Below, in pieces: positions 40,064 to 53,169 of a stretch of DNA of 64,000 bases. Under the pieces are notes generated by a model. That model was not told the origin of the DNA and made no database searches. It was given only the letters and a program-made list of their open reading frames with translations. Position 1 is the stretch's first letter; each line of letters starts with the position of its first letter. Origin of the DNA: Narcine bancroftii (lineage: Eukaryota); assembly GCF_036971445.1 (NCBI RefSeq), contig NC_091469.1, positions 234,298,001-234,362,000 on the forward strand. The letters are read 5' to 3'. A program made the position numbers and the translations under genes.

Positions 40064-41127
40064 AAATTTGACTATAATCGGATGTGGATTGGGGGGGGGG
40101 GGGGGGACACAGTTCTCAAGTTGGTTAATAGCTTTTCATTAGGTGGTCGACATTGTCTATTACAATTCAAATTTATACATAGTGCACATTTGTTTAAGGC
40201 TAAATTGTCTCACTTTTATTCCAATATGAATTCCTGGTGTGACAGGTGTAAGAGTGGAGAAGTGTTATTAATTCATATGTTCTGGGCTTGTCTTAGTCTA
40301 GAAAAGTACTGGAGAGAGGTTTTCCATACTCTATCAAAAATTTTCAACATAGATTTAACACCGAACCATTTGGTGGCCCTCTTTGGTACAATGGGAGGGA
40401 ATGGTTCTTCCGTATCTTTGGTTCAGAGTCACGCTATTTATTTTGCCTCTTTTGGCGAGGCGAGCCATTTTACTTAAATGGAAGGATGATCAGTGGCGGT
40501 GTGACATCATGTCCTGTTTGAAGATGGAAAAGATTCGTTATTCAATGAATAATTCAGCTACAAGTTTCCAGATATTATTGGGGTCATTTATGAATCACTT
40601 TCTTACTTTATAATTTTACTCCAGTGTAATTAAATTGTCTGACTTGTATCTTTTCCATGTTTCTTACATTTTTGTTTAAAAAAACCTTTTGATTTTCTTT
40701 TAATACCAATCATATATAGCACCTGTCTGCCTGTCCCGCATCGGACTTGTCAGCCACAAATGAGCCTGTAGCTGATGTGGACATTGATGGGCGACTGGGT
40801 TTATTCCTATTCCTATTTCTTATGCTTAATTTCTACACAGCAAAAAAAAAACTCCATAAATCTTCATCCGCGAAGCCAAGCCAAAGAAAGAAGATATAGC
40901 ACCTGGCAATGCGGTTCGGTAAGGGGTTTCAGTTTTCCTCTTATTTTCTTTTCTTTTTTGTATTATTAGATTTTTTCTAAAAATATCATTTAGAATATGA
41001 AAATGATTTACAATTTATGTTAGTGTTAAACAGAATGTCATTAAGTTTGTGTAACTGTCCATTTTATTGAATTGCATCATTTTTGTTTGTACAAGTTTTT
41101 AATTAAAATCAATAAAAATATTTTAGA
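40064..41127 (+). mobile_element. 5'-truncated L1-clade LINE inside an old CR1 (about 39600-41290)
   Basis: ORF 40082-40477 (QFKFIH...CDRC...HMFWAC). AATAAA before the tail. 17-bp TSD AAGATGGATGAG(G/A)ATTT at 40047-40063 and 41128-41144. Confidence 0.85.
40726..40893 (+). mobile_element. Short RTE 3' fragment inside the L1 3' UTR
   Basis: Matches the 3' end of 18155-19173. Exact 12-bp TSD ATATAGCACCTG at 40714-40725 and 40894-40905. Confidence 0.9.
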
Positions 41128-42019
41128 AAGATGGATGAGAATTTCATTTCTCTTCTAAGTCTTTGGAATTATTCCTTGTATCACAAGAAGAGCTTTCAAT
41201 TATTCATTTATTTATTTTTACAGCAGATAGACAAGTAGCTGAAAGTTACCACATGCATTCAGAAATGAGGACTTGGAAGTTACAATCAGGTCAACCAAAT
41301 CTTATCAAGTGACAGAGTTAATTAGCGCAAACAAAGCCTCAGGTTTACAATTCTTTTCTCTTGAAACAGAATAGAAGTGCTCACCTCCAGGCTTCTAAAG
41401 TTTAACTACAACAATTTCATTGCCACAGCTTCTTTACTCACATTTAACTGGCCAGAGACATTTGCAGATTTAAAAAACTATGAAGCACAATGCATAGTGG
41501 CTTGGTCCAGGTCCCAAATCATTTGTATGCTCCAGTTTGGTGCCAAATGGAATAAGAGTAGATTGCTACTGTATCCTGAGGTTCTTTAAACATCACCTTC
41601 CCTCCACCCCCCAGAGCTGCATTCTTTATCTGTGAATCCTCTGCAATCATTAGACAGTCCTTTTGTGCAGAAACAGACTCTTCAGTCTAACTTGCTCAAG
41701 CCAGCTCATAACACTGCTTTCACACGGAGATCCCAGTAAATTGGCACATCATCAACCAGTGTTTAAAGCCAGATTAGGTCAGATTGGAGTGTTCACACTG
41801 AACCAAGAAAAGCTGGTTCAATGCAACATTTACACTGGAACTGATGCGAAATGCTTCTGCTCTGATATTACCTGCCTTGGCGGGTAAGTACTGTGATGAA
41901 AATGCCCCCCCCCCCATACTGTGTTGGTTTTGTTCACACAGTTAAGTGAAACGTTAAAAAAGTGATTAAATACCAGCTTCCAAGGGCAGTGTGAATCCCA
42001 CCCACACCTCCCCACCACC

Positions 42020-42640
42020 TATGTTTAGCCCCTATCCCTCTAAACCTCTACCATCTATATATCCATCCAATTTTTAAACATTGCATCAGTATCTGCCTCA
42101 ACTACCATCTCTAGCAGCACATTCCATCACCACCCTCTGCAAAAAAAAAATACCCCTTGGGTTCCTATCAAACCTCTGTCCTCTGGTTGCTGATTCTCCT
42201 ACTTTGGACTAAAGACTCTCAGTGTTCACCCACTTCATTCTTCTTACAATTCTGTACACCTCTAGGATATCACCCCTCGCCCTCCTCCAAGAAATAAAGT
42301 CCGCGCCTGCTCAATCTCTCCCTATAGCACAAGCCCCTGCACCCTGGTAACATCCTCGTAAATCTTCTCAGTGCCCTTTCCAGCTTGACATCATCATCCC
42401 TGCAGCATGGTGACTAAACCTGAACATAAAACTCCAAAAGGGGCCTCACCAACAGCTTGCACAACTGCAACATGACATCGCAACATCGATACTCCGTAGT
42501 CTGACTAAAGGCCAATAGGAAGAAAGCCTTTTTGATCACCCCATCTACCTGTGACATCACTTTCAAAGAACTAGATATCTGTACTCCTGATCCCTCTGCT
42601 CTATAACACTCCCCAGATCCCTTCCATTCACTGCGCAAGG
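42020..42640 (-). mobile_element. CR1 3' fragment
   Basis: ORF 42414-42638 has QVDGVIKKAF...LVRPLLEFYVQ. Confidence 0.8.
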
Positions 42641-43609
42641 CCTACCCATGCGAGGTTCTCAGCCAAGTACTTGCAACTTCCACTAGCTTCCCACAGTGTC
42701 CTCAGATATATCAGATCAGGCTCAGGAGATCGGTCTACCTTCATACACATCAGCATGTTAGGTACCTCAACCATAATACTATTCTTAAGACTCTACCAGT
42801 GATTGCCCCAAGTTCCTGTGCCCTTCTCCTCAATCAAAAGGAGAAATACTCAGAGGACCTTCTCCACCTCCTGTCAGCTGTAGACAGAGTTGACTGCATT
42901 GATTCAGATTTGTTTAATCTGGTACTTGAAAAAAAACCTTATTATCTTCTCCAATTACCAAACAGTGCATAGGCAGAATGATCAATAATCAACTTGGAGG
43001 AAATGATAAGAGAAAAAAGGAAACATCCAGTTGGTCAAATAATATTTTATTTGCACATCATGAAAATGTGCAGGCAAAAAATTATTGGGCAAGAAAATTA
43101 GATTTATTCCTTAGAAATATTTCCATGCACAGATGTGGGCATTAACGAATGAAGCTGCCAAATGAGAAATAATACTTAAAAATGATTCTGGAGAACCAAA
43201 ACATTAAATGATCTGAAAATAGGAATGGCAGCAGTGGCTGCCATTTCAAACACGGCCAATCATGCCTAGTACATATTCACGGCAAAGTGATGTCACCAAA
43301 CAATTCCCTGTGCGCGCACCAATACACACACTTCAACCAGCACAAAAGCTAGTCATGTGGCCTTCAGCGCATGATAATAAAGACTGCATCGTGACCACTG
43401 CTCAAGTTGACCAAGGAGCTCCACCAACAATTTACCTAGGTCAGCAAGGGCAATGAAAATGAGCTCAAATTGATAACAAGAAAGTCAGATAATTCAGCTT
43501 CATGGAATTTGGAGCTCTTTAAGCTAATCTTTCCAACCTCACCACCCCAATGCAATATTTTGTATTATGAGTCCTACCCAAGTTACATTGACCATCAGAA
43601 AACAATAAA

Positions 43610-45175
43610 GAACCACTATGCACCCCCACGTCCCTTGATGATCCTCTTCTGTCAGTATCAGAGGATGACACGCAGGCTGCCTTCAGGAGAGGGAATCCAA
43701 GGAATACCCAGCCAACTACTGAAAATCTATGCAGATCAACTTGCCAACATATCCACAGATATCTTCAACATCTCTCTCTGGCAGAGCATGGTACTCACCT
43801 GTTTCAAACAGGTCTCAATCGTACCTGTGCCCAAGAGTATAGTAACCTGCCTAAATAACTACCGACTAGTGACACTCACATCATCGTGTTTTGAGAGGTT
43901 GGTGTTGAAGCATATAAGCTCCTGTTTGAGTGGCAACATGGATCTGTTCCAAATTGCCTACTGCAGCGACAGGTCTACAGCAGATGCCATCTCACTGGCT
44001 CTACACAAATCCCTGGACATCAAAAACACATACATCAGGATGCTCTTTATTAATTACAGTTTGGCATTCAACACCATCATCACATCAAAACTGCTCAGCA
44101 AACTCTGAGCCTCAATACCTCATTATGTAATTAGATCATGGATTTCCTCACCTCCAGACCACAATCAGTAAGGATTGGTAAGAACGTCTCCTCCACAATC
44201 TCCATAGCTGGCTATGTTCTTAGCACATGCTCTATTCACTTTACTCCTCTGACTGTGTGGCAGCTCAGTAGGACAGTAACACCATCCACAGGTTTATATA
44301 ATGATAGTGGATGATCTAAAAGGGGGCAATGAGTCAGCTTACAGGAGGGACAGTGAAAACTTGGCTGAATGGTGTATTAACCACATCCTTGCACTCAATG
44401 TCACCAAAACTAAGGAGCAAAATGTGGACTTTAGGAAAGGAAAACTAGAGGTGTACGATAATTAGGGGATCAGAGGTGGAAAGGCAGAGGAAATTTAAAT
44501 TCCTGGGAGTCATCATCTTGGAAGACCTTTGATAGACCTAACGCATGAATGAAATAGTGAATAAAGCACGTCAGCGCCTCTACTTTCTCAGGAGTTTCCG
44601 GAAGTTTAGTATGGCATCGAAAACTTTGGCAAACCTCTACAAATGTATTGTGGAAAGTGTGATGACCGACTGCATCACGGCCTGGTATAGGGGCACCAAT
44701 TCCTCTGTAAAGAAAACTCTGTAAAAGATAATGGATACAGCCCAGTACATCACAGGCAAAAGACTCCTCACCATCGAGAAAAATCTACAGGGAACACTGC
44801 TTTCCGAGAACAACAATCATCAAGGATCCATACCTCCCAGCACATGCTCTGTTCTTGCTGCTGCCATCAGAAAGAGGTACAAGTGCCACAGGACTCGCAC
44901 CACGAGGTTCAGGAACAGCTGCTACCCCTCCACCATCAGATTCCTCAACAACAAACTCATTGACTTTGATGTCAGAGACTCTTATGCTACACATTAATTA
45001 TTATTGAATATTTATTTTCTGTATTGCAGGTTTGTTTGCACTTTGTTTACATTTTTCCCTTTTGTATATATTTTCTTGAGTACATTTTTTTTGCATTTGC
45101 AACGAATACACATCCTGCCTGTCCCACAGGAAAAAGAATCTCAGGGTTGTATGCAATTTCATGTATGTACTCTGG
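43610..45175 (+). mobile_element. Rex1/Babar-type LINE, decayed
   Basis: ORF 43470-44108 (ADQLA..DIFNISL, CLNNYRLVTLTS, STADAI, YIRMLFINYSLAFNTI) and C-terminal RTRTTRFRNSCYPSTIR. Confidence 0.88.
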
Positions 45176-45829
45176 TGAGCTTTGTATTTCCTCCAGCTCT
45201 GTATTCAAAGAGCCACCCCCCACCCCTGATTCTCAGCTTTTCTCTCCTGTCCTCCAATCCATATCCACCATTGACCTAGTACCCTTCCACCTGCCCCTTC
45301 TTCCCTTCTCCCACTATCTTCCCATTCAGGTGCCTGTCTGCTTGTTGCTCATACCTAGATTAAGGGCTTGGGCACAAAACATCTTTGCCTCCTATGGACA
45401 CTGCAGGACATGCAGAGTTTCTCCAGCAATTTTGTGTATTTATTAAGAAAACAAGATGGTGGGATTGCGCTGCTGTATTCTGCCATGGATCAGACGTGCC
45501 ACACGATTTTCCCCGGGAGGTAAATGAATGAAACGAGACCCTATCCCCATAGCCCATTTAAATACCACAACTGAATTTTCCTCTCCCACTACCACTACCC
45601 CACTTTCTTCTCCTGCAGATCCTTCTCACAAAAGACACCAGAGTTTTTTCCCTCATTTTTTGCCAATCAGGAACTCTGTTCTTACAAGAGCACCAGCCTC
45701 TCCAGACTATTTATATAACTACATTCTGAAAGGAAACCAAAATGCTACATTTTGAGGAAGTAGAAATGTAAATTCTTTATGCAACTGTTTAGTACTAAAG
45801 TTCTATGCAACTTATGTCACCAATGGTTC

Positions 45830-46900
45830 CAAAAGGACTGGAAAATTGCAAATATCACTCAACTCTTCAAGGGAGAGAGGCAAAAAGGCAGGAAATTCTA
45901 GGCCAGTTAGCCTGACCTCGGTGGTTGAGTTTTCATAGTACATGAAAGTACATGATAAAATAGGCTAGTAATCATGGTTTCCTTCAGGGGAAATCCTGTC
46001 TGATAAATCTGTTGGAATTCTTTGAGGAAGTAACAAGCAGGGTAGGTCCTCAGAGGATGTCGCTTATTTGCATTTTCAGAAAGCATTTGACAAGGTGCTG
46101 AACAGAAGGCTGCAAAACAAGATAAGAGCCCATAATATTACAGACATGTACCAGTATAGTTAGAAGATTGGCTAACTGGCAGAAAGCAAAGTGTGGGCCT
46201 TTTCAGGCTAGCTGCCATTGATTAGTGTGGTTCTAATGGGTTTGGTATTAGGTCCACTAATTTTCATATTACCTACAAATGATTTTGATTAGCCATTGTC
46301 AACCCACAGCACATTTAAGGGTGAGCCACNNNNNNNNNNNNNNNNNNNNNNNNNNNNNNNNNNNNNNNNNNNNNNNNNNNNNNNNNNNNNNNNNNNNNNN
46401 NNNNNNNNNNNNNNNNNNNNNNNNNNNNNNNNNNNNNNNNNNNNNNNNNNNNNNNNNNNNNNNNNNNNNNNNNNNNNNNNNNNNNNNNNNNNNNNNNNNN
46501 NNNNNNNNNNNNNNNNNNGCATGGAAGAAACCAACTAAACTAGACAGCTTCACAGGAAAGGGAGTCCATAAACTTTGAGCCAAGTCCTAAGGGGGGCATA
46601 GCCAAAAAAAAAAGAATGGCTGATTTAGATGACTGAATTGATGCCTTTGTGGTAGTTTGCAAATGATACCAAGATAGGTGGAAGAGCAGGTGCCAATTCA
46701 CAGGACAGGAAAGGCAGGGTGTCTGTAGAGGGATTTGGACAGGTCTGGAGGATTGGCAAAGAAGTGGCTGATGGTATGAACCATAGGAAAGTATAAAATC
46801 ATGCACTTTGGCAGAAGACCATTTTCTAAATGGGCAGAGAATTCAGAAAGTGGAGATTCAAAGTACTTGGGAAACCTCTGTTAACTTGTAAGTAATAAGG
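45830..46900 (+). mobile_element. CR1 fragment spanning the assembly gap
   Basis: RPVSLTS, HGF..GKSCL.NLLEFFEEV and FQKAFDKV before the gap, TTTGCAAATGATACCAAG (FA.DTK) after it. Confidence 0.75.
46330..46518. other. Assembly gap (189 N)
   Basis: Run of n characters. Confidence 0.99.
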
Positions 46901-46919
46901 AAGAAAAATGTAAAGTATT

Positions 46920-48375
46920 TACCAATTATTCAAAGGATTCACAACTTGTTGAGGCTAGGACAATGGTGTTTAAGACCAGTGATTCTGACCTCCACAGAAA
47001 GCTCAAGTACGATCAATGGAAGGCTATCTTAACAGCAAAGAGGTAATTCCAAGTGAAGCTAGAAACAGAATCATATACTCATCAGCTTTGACCAGGATCC
47101 CAATGAGCTGAACATCTTTTGTACTCACTTTGCAAAGGAGGATTCAACTGTAGTAATGAGAATCCCTGCACAAGCTGGAAACCCTGTGATATCCGTCTCT
47201 GCGGCCATCTTTCAAAAGGGTGAACCCTTGCAAGTCATCAGGCTCTGATGGAGTACCTGGCAGGGAACTCAAAGTCTGTGCCAATCTACTAACTGGAGTG
47301 TTCACAACATTTTCAATCTCTCACTGCTGCTACAGTCAGAGGAAGTGCTTCAAAAGGGGTATCAATCATCCCTGTGCCGAAGAAGAGCACAGGGTGAGCT
47401 GCCTCAATGACTATCACCCAGTAGCTCTCACATCGACTGTGATAAAAATACTTTGAGAGATTGGTCATGGCCAGAATGAATTTGTACACATGTATGGACC
47501 TGGACCCATTGTAAATTCACCTACCTTCACAATCACTTCACAGTAGATGCCATCTCACTGACCCTTCAATCAGTCATGAATCACCAAGACAACACCAACT
47601 GGTACATCAGGCTGCTTTTCATTGAATACAGCTCAGCTGTCAACACCATCAACCCCTCAGTACTGGCCTGCAAGCTCAAAACCTGGGCCTCTGCACCTGG
47701 ATCCTTGATTTCCTCATCGGAAGACCACAGACTTCCTCATCGGAAGACCACAGGCAGTATGGATCAGTAACAACGTCTCCTCCACACTAAATCAGCACAG
47801 GCGCTCCTCAAGGATGCGTGCTTAGCCCACTACTCTACTCTGTACCCATGACTGCAGCTAGGCACAATCCAAAAGCTACCAACATGTTTGATGACGACGT
47901 CACGGTCATTAGCAGAATCACAGACGGCAATGAGCAAGTGTACAGAAATGAGATCAGTTGGTAAGTGATGTCGCAACAACCACCGTATACACAACAGTGG
48001 CAAAACTAAGGAATTGATTGTGGACATCAGGAAGGAAGAATACATACCAATCCTCATTGAGGGATCAGCAGTGTTTCAAATGTTTGGGTGTCAACATCTC
48101 TGAAGATCTGTCCAAAAGACCATAAGAATAATCATGAATAAGGTTCGCCAATAGCTATACTTCGTCAGTGTATAAGAAGATTAGGCATGCCACCAAGGTG
48201 TTGAAAACTTCTAAAGGTCTAATGTGGAGAGCATTGACTGGATGCATCACTGTCTGGTATGGAGGTGCCAATGCACAGGAAAAAAAATGACAGAATTGTG
48301 ATCTCAGTCAGTGCAATCAAGGGCATCAGTCTTCACTAATTAAAGACATTTACAAGAGACGGTATCTTAAAAAAG
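46920..48375 (+). mobile_element. Rex1/Babar-type LINE, decayed
   Basis: GSDGVPGRELKVCA, CLNDYHPVALTS, YIRLLFIEYSSAVNTI and GAPQGCVLSPLL motifs. Confidence 0.85.
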
Positions 48376-48589
48376 GAGAAGCAAGTCTGCAGACAGCATA
48401 GTTGAAGTAAAAACATAATGTAAAAACTCAGCAGGTCAATCAGTGTATTTTATATAGCAAAGATAAAGAACCAACATTTCAAACTTGAGCTTCATCAAGG
48501 TATGGAAAAGTATCAGCAGACATCCAAAAAGATGGGCAATGGTCCCAAAGGCAGGAGGTAATAGGTGGAGAAGGGAGAGAGGGCCATGT

Positions 48590-49430
48590 TTGGAATATTG
48601 TAGGCAGTTTTAGGTTCCATATCCAAGAATGGATGCGCTGGCATTGGAAAGGATCCAGATGAGGTTTTCAATGACCCCAGGGATGTGAGTATCAGGATTG
48701 TTTGATGGCTTTGAAATGTACTAACTCGCATTGAGGGGGATCTCATAGAAATGTACCAAATACTATGGCCAAATAACTGCCACCTGCAATGTACCATCAT
48801 GATTCAATGGGATCACAAGTAGATAAGGATGTAAAGAGAGCTTTTGAAACATTGGCCTTCATAAATCGAAGTATTAAGTACAGGAGTTGGGGTATTATGT
48901 TTAAGTTGTACAAGATGTTAGTGAAGCCAAATTTGGAATATTGTGTGCAGTTTTGTTCACCTACTCACAGGAAGAATAGCTAAAAGATTGAAAGTGTGCA
49001 GAGAAAATTTACAAGGATGTTGCTGGGACTTGGGGTGCCATATTCTGGGGAAAGGTTGAAAAGGTCAAGTCTTTAAACCCTGGAGAGCCTGAGAATGAGA
49101 GGAGATTTGATAAAGGTATACAAAATGAGTGGTATTGATAGGGTAAATGCAAACAGGCCTTTCCCACCAAGGCTGGGTGAGGCAAGAACTAGAGGACATC
49201 AGTAAAGGGTGAAAGTGAAATGTTTAAGGGGAAATTGGGTTAGTGAGAGTGCTGGCAGCAGAAGTGGTGGATGCATGTTCCATTTCAACATTTAAGAGAA
49301 ATTTAGACAGTTATACAGACAGGAGGAGTTTCGAGTGATATGGTCTTGGAGGTGTGGGTCGATGGGATGGCAGAAAAGTTTGGCATGGAGTTGACAGGTC
49401 GAAGGGCCAGTTTCAGTACTATTGTGTTCT
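48590..49430 (+). mobile_element. CR1 3' fragments
   Basis: ORF 48789-48983 has KLYKMLVKPNLEYCVQFCSP, followed by a TRGH motif. Confidence 0.82.
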
Positions 49431-50805
49431 AATCTGAAGAATACAAGTAGAATTCTTCTCAAGGATCACCACAGTCAACTAAGCTGGCTTGGAAAGTAGA
49501 TCTTAAGCTTTCCCATTGATTCAAGATAGTGAGACTAAGTAACAGCCATGTAAAAGTGGAATAAAATCTATTTCCCCCCACCCCCCCCCCCCCCCCAAGA
49601 ACAATATATTGTTATTCCAATGCTATGTACATCCTAACATATTTCCCTCACTATTGGGTCATACTTGACATCAAATAGGAGTAACTTGTGGTATCCTAAT
49701 TGAAAACACCAAACATAATGAATTGAAACAGTGAAGATATAGGGTCTTTGACTTGAAATTTTGAGCAGAATCAGAATTTATCCTGCCAACTAACTGCAGA
49801 CTTCCTGCACCTGTCATTTATTAAACATTTCAAAGCAACAAATAGAGCTGGCCACTGAAAAGCAGGCACGACAGCAAAATGTACACCTGGCACAGGATAC
49901 CAAAAATGACAGGCCGCAGATTTGATATCAGGTTTTATTTGGACACTTAATATTTCTGAATGAAGATTCTCCAAAATTACTGAGCTTCCAGGAAAAATAG
50001 TAAACCCTGCTCCGCCAACTCCACGGTGCACAAAATTTGATGTGATATTTAGAAAATAAAATGCATTGTCAGTTCAGATGCAAATTTTAAAAAGTGATGA
50101 CTGAAATAGTTGAGTTTGCTATCAAGTCCAAAAGTTGAAAATGGTATTATTTGTGCACACCTTCACCAGTGTTGTACCTTCAGTAGTGTTGGGTCTAACA
50201 TAAATGTGTGTGCAAAAAATGTTACTTGTAATTACAGTACCAAAAATATATGCAAAGTCATCATCTGTATAACTTCCATGTGTTTTCCCATTCCAATCCA
50301 AAATTCTATATTTCATATGAATTTAACTATTAGGTAGTGAATTCCAGACAGTAACAACCACTTCTTCTCAACTTCATTTGCAGCAAGGGCAACAATGTAT
50401 ATTTCTCTTCAAACCTTCTTTACAACTCTCTATGTTGTAACAATGTGAATAAATTAAAATTATGAAAAGATCTTTCAGGAACGCTCACATAAAGGTTCTG
50501 ATTTTTGAAAATTCGTCTCAGGACAGGCTTGAGCTTCCCATCCCTGCGACCATCAGAGGGTTGAGATGCACCAAAATCATAAGGGGAAAAGACAATTTAA
50601 ATATTTTAATTCAGAGATACAGCACAGTAACAGGCTCTTCTGCCCCAAGAGCCTGCACTGTCCAATTATCCCAATGTGACCAATTTACTGACTAACCTCG
50701 TGCTACTTTGGAACATGAGATTTAATTGGAGCATTGAGAGGATACCCGAGTGGTCACAGGGAGAATGTAAAAACTTGTTACTAGAGGTTGCTAGCGCTAT
50801 AACAG

Positions 50806-51116
50806 TCTTCTTCTTTGGCTTGGCTTCGCGGACGAAGATTTATGGAGGGGGTAAATGTCCACGTCAGCTGCAGGCTCGTTTGTGGCTGACAAGTCCGATG
50901 CAGGACAGGCAGACATGGTTGCAGCGGAAAATTGGTGGGTTGGGTGTTGGGTTTTTCCTCCTTTGCCTTTTGTCAGTGAGGTGGGCTCTGCGGTCTTCTT
51001 CAAAGGAGGTTGCTGCCCGCCGAACTGTGAGGCGCCAAGATGCACGGTTTGAGGTGAGATCAGCCCACTGGCGGTGGTCAATGTGGCAGGCACCAAGAGA
51101 TTTCTTTAGGCAATCC
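50806..51116 (-). mobile_element. Young RTE 3' fragment
   Basis: Near-identical reverse complement of about 18862-19173 (CLKKSLGACHIDHRQWAD...). Confidence 0.92.
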
Positions 51117-53169
51117 ACCAAGTGTAGGGGGAAGCTAAAACTAGAGGACATAAAGTGCAAACACCTAAAGGGGGTCCAAGAGGTAACTATTTCACAAGCA
51201 AGCTGGTGAGTAAGTAGAACATCTGGCCAAGAGAAGTGGTTGAGGCAAGTATAATTACAACTTTAAAAAAGACAGTGGGACAGGTACATAGATTAGAATG
51301 GCTTAGTGGGAAATGGAATCATCTTAAGTATGCAACTTGATCAGCATGAACGAGCTGGGCCGAAGGACCCATTTCTATTCTGTACATATACAAATATGAA
51401 GAAATGTGGCAATGTAGAACAACTGGCAGAAAAACAAAATGAAGGCTTTAAGAGTGGAGAAGTGAGTCAAAGTCGACTTACTTTGTTTATTCAGATTTTG
51501 GATGCGAAGATCTACCGGGACCAATGCCTGAAGAGGGCGCACAAAATCAATGAACCGGTGCGGACTCGAAAGGCCAACATGGCCTGTTTCCGCTCCGTAA
51601 ATGGTTATATGGTTATATTATGCAGTCAAAACCTGAAATGTCCCAGGTTTAACAAATATTGAGAAAGGATACAAAAGATATAAAAAATACAGCTTATTGT
51701 GGTGAAAAGTGCATTCTCAAACTTCTACTTTTGCTTTCCAAAAGCCTTTCACGCCCATTGCATATCATTATTTTAAACAACTCTCATTTCTCAGTGCCAA
51801 CAAACGAGTTGAAGGTGGGGTAGTGAAAATTAACTAATTATGATTCAACAAAGTCAATTTATGATGAAAATAGAGCCTCTTTAATAGGAACAGAATGGAC
51901 AGTAATTACTCTTAAAGCATGGTAATTTCTCAAAAACAAGTATTAAGTGGAAGAAAGTTGTATGTAATCTATGTGCATTAAATCAATCTTTGTCTCTTTG
52001 CGGTGAAACGCCAAGCTTGGTTGATAGGGGAATTCAGTCAATCATCTTCACTGGCTCAGTTGTCACTATCTGCAGCCTTTAAAATCGACAGCAATTAAGT
52101 CAGTCAGATCCATCATTGGGTATCAAAGTTAGTAGCAGGTGTGTTTTCTTTAGAATTTTACTCAAACATTGTTCAAAAAAAATCTCAGATCATGTGAAGT
52201 TTGAAAATTCCATATTTTTTTTAATTACCTTTGTTCCTCGAGGCAATGTAAATGATACAATGCAGAAACAATGAGACTCAAGCATTTAATTAGATGATTA
52301 TGGGTTGTTTGCAGAAATGCATGGACTACATCAATTGGCAAAGTAATTGAAGGACGAGCCTGTTACTCATGAAATAAATGCAGATATTGCCATGCTCCAC
52401 CCCATTTTTGGGGCATCAAACAAAGTTGTTTATGAAATTATCAGGTACATAAATGTGAGAACTTCACTTGCCAGGTTCAGTGTTGCTGAATTTCATCGTG
52501 CAACAACATTGCAACAGATTCAGCAAGATATTTCCCAATGATATGTTGCAAATTCTCAAGATCTCAGCGATCTTTGTAGTCAGCTTGGTAGTGGGGCATA
52601 CCACAATTCAAGTGACAATTTTCCAGCTTGGAGAAGTATTAGCACTGAATGAATGGATACTGCAATGATGGGAAGCAGATAAGAGAGATCCATGGACCTG
52701 GAAAAGAACAATGGACACAGAAGGCACGATCTTCATGCAATACCTTCCTAAAAATACGCAGTGAGCAGCCAAAGAGATGTGGCAGAGATCAGGAGAACTG
52801 CCTGTAACAATCCTGAGACAAGGATGTTGAGAGTAACTGAGATGAAAATCTTGGCAAAAGCAGTCTAGAAACACAAGGTAGAAGCAAGATTATACAAGAT
52901 ACAGATCTGACTCAGAAGAAAGAAGAACTTGAGAATTGACTCTTGAAATAGTACAATTACATGGTAAACATGGGTGATAAAACCAGGTCATACTGTAAGC
53001 AAATAAAAATTGTTGATTTCCAATCAAATGCACATGAAAATCTTCCTGTCGACTGACTATCTGGTAAATAATTTGATTTGTCACCAGAATCAGAATTTGT
53101 CATGAACATATGTCACGAAATTCATTGTTTTGCAGCATTACAGGTGCAAAAATAGCTATAAATTACATA

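Noticed and set aside
45485-45510. ER-stress element near GACGTGCCACACG
   Set aside because: Does not match UPRE (TGACGTGG) or ERSE (CCAAT-N9-CCACG) exactly and is isolated.
46279-46583. ORFs across the N run
   Set aside because: Artefacts of the assembly gap.
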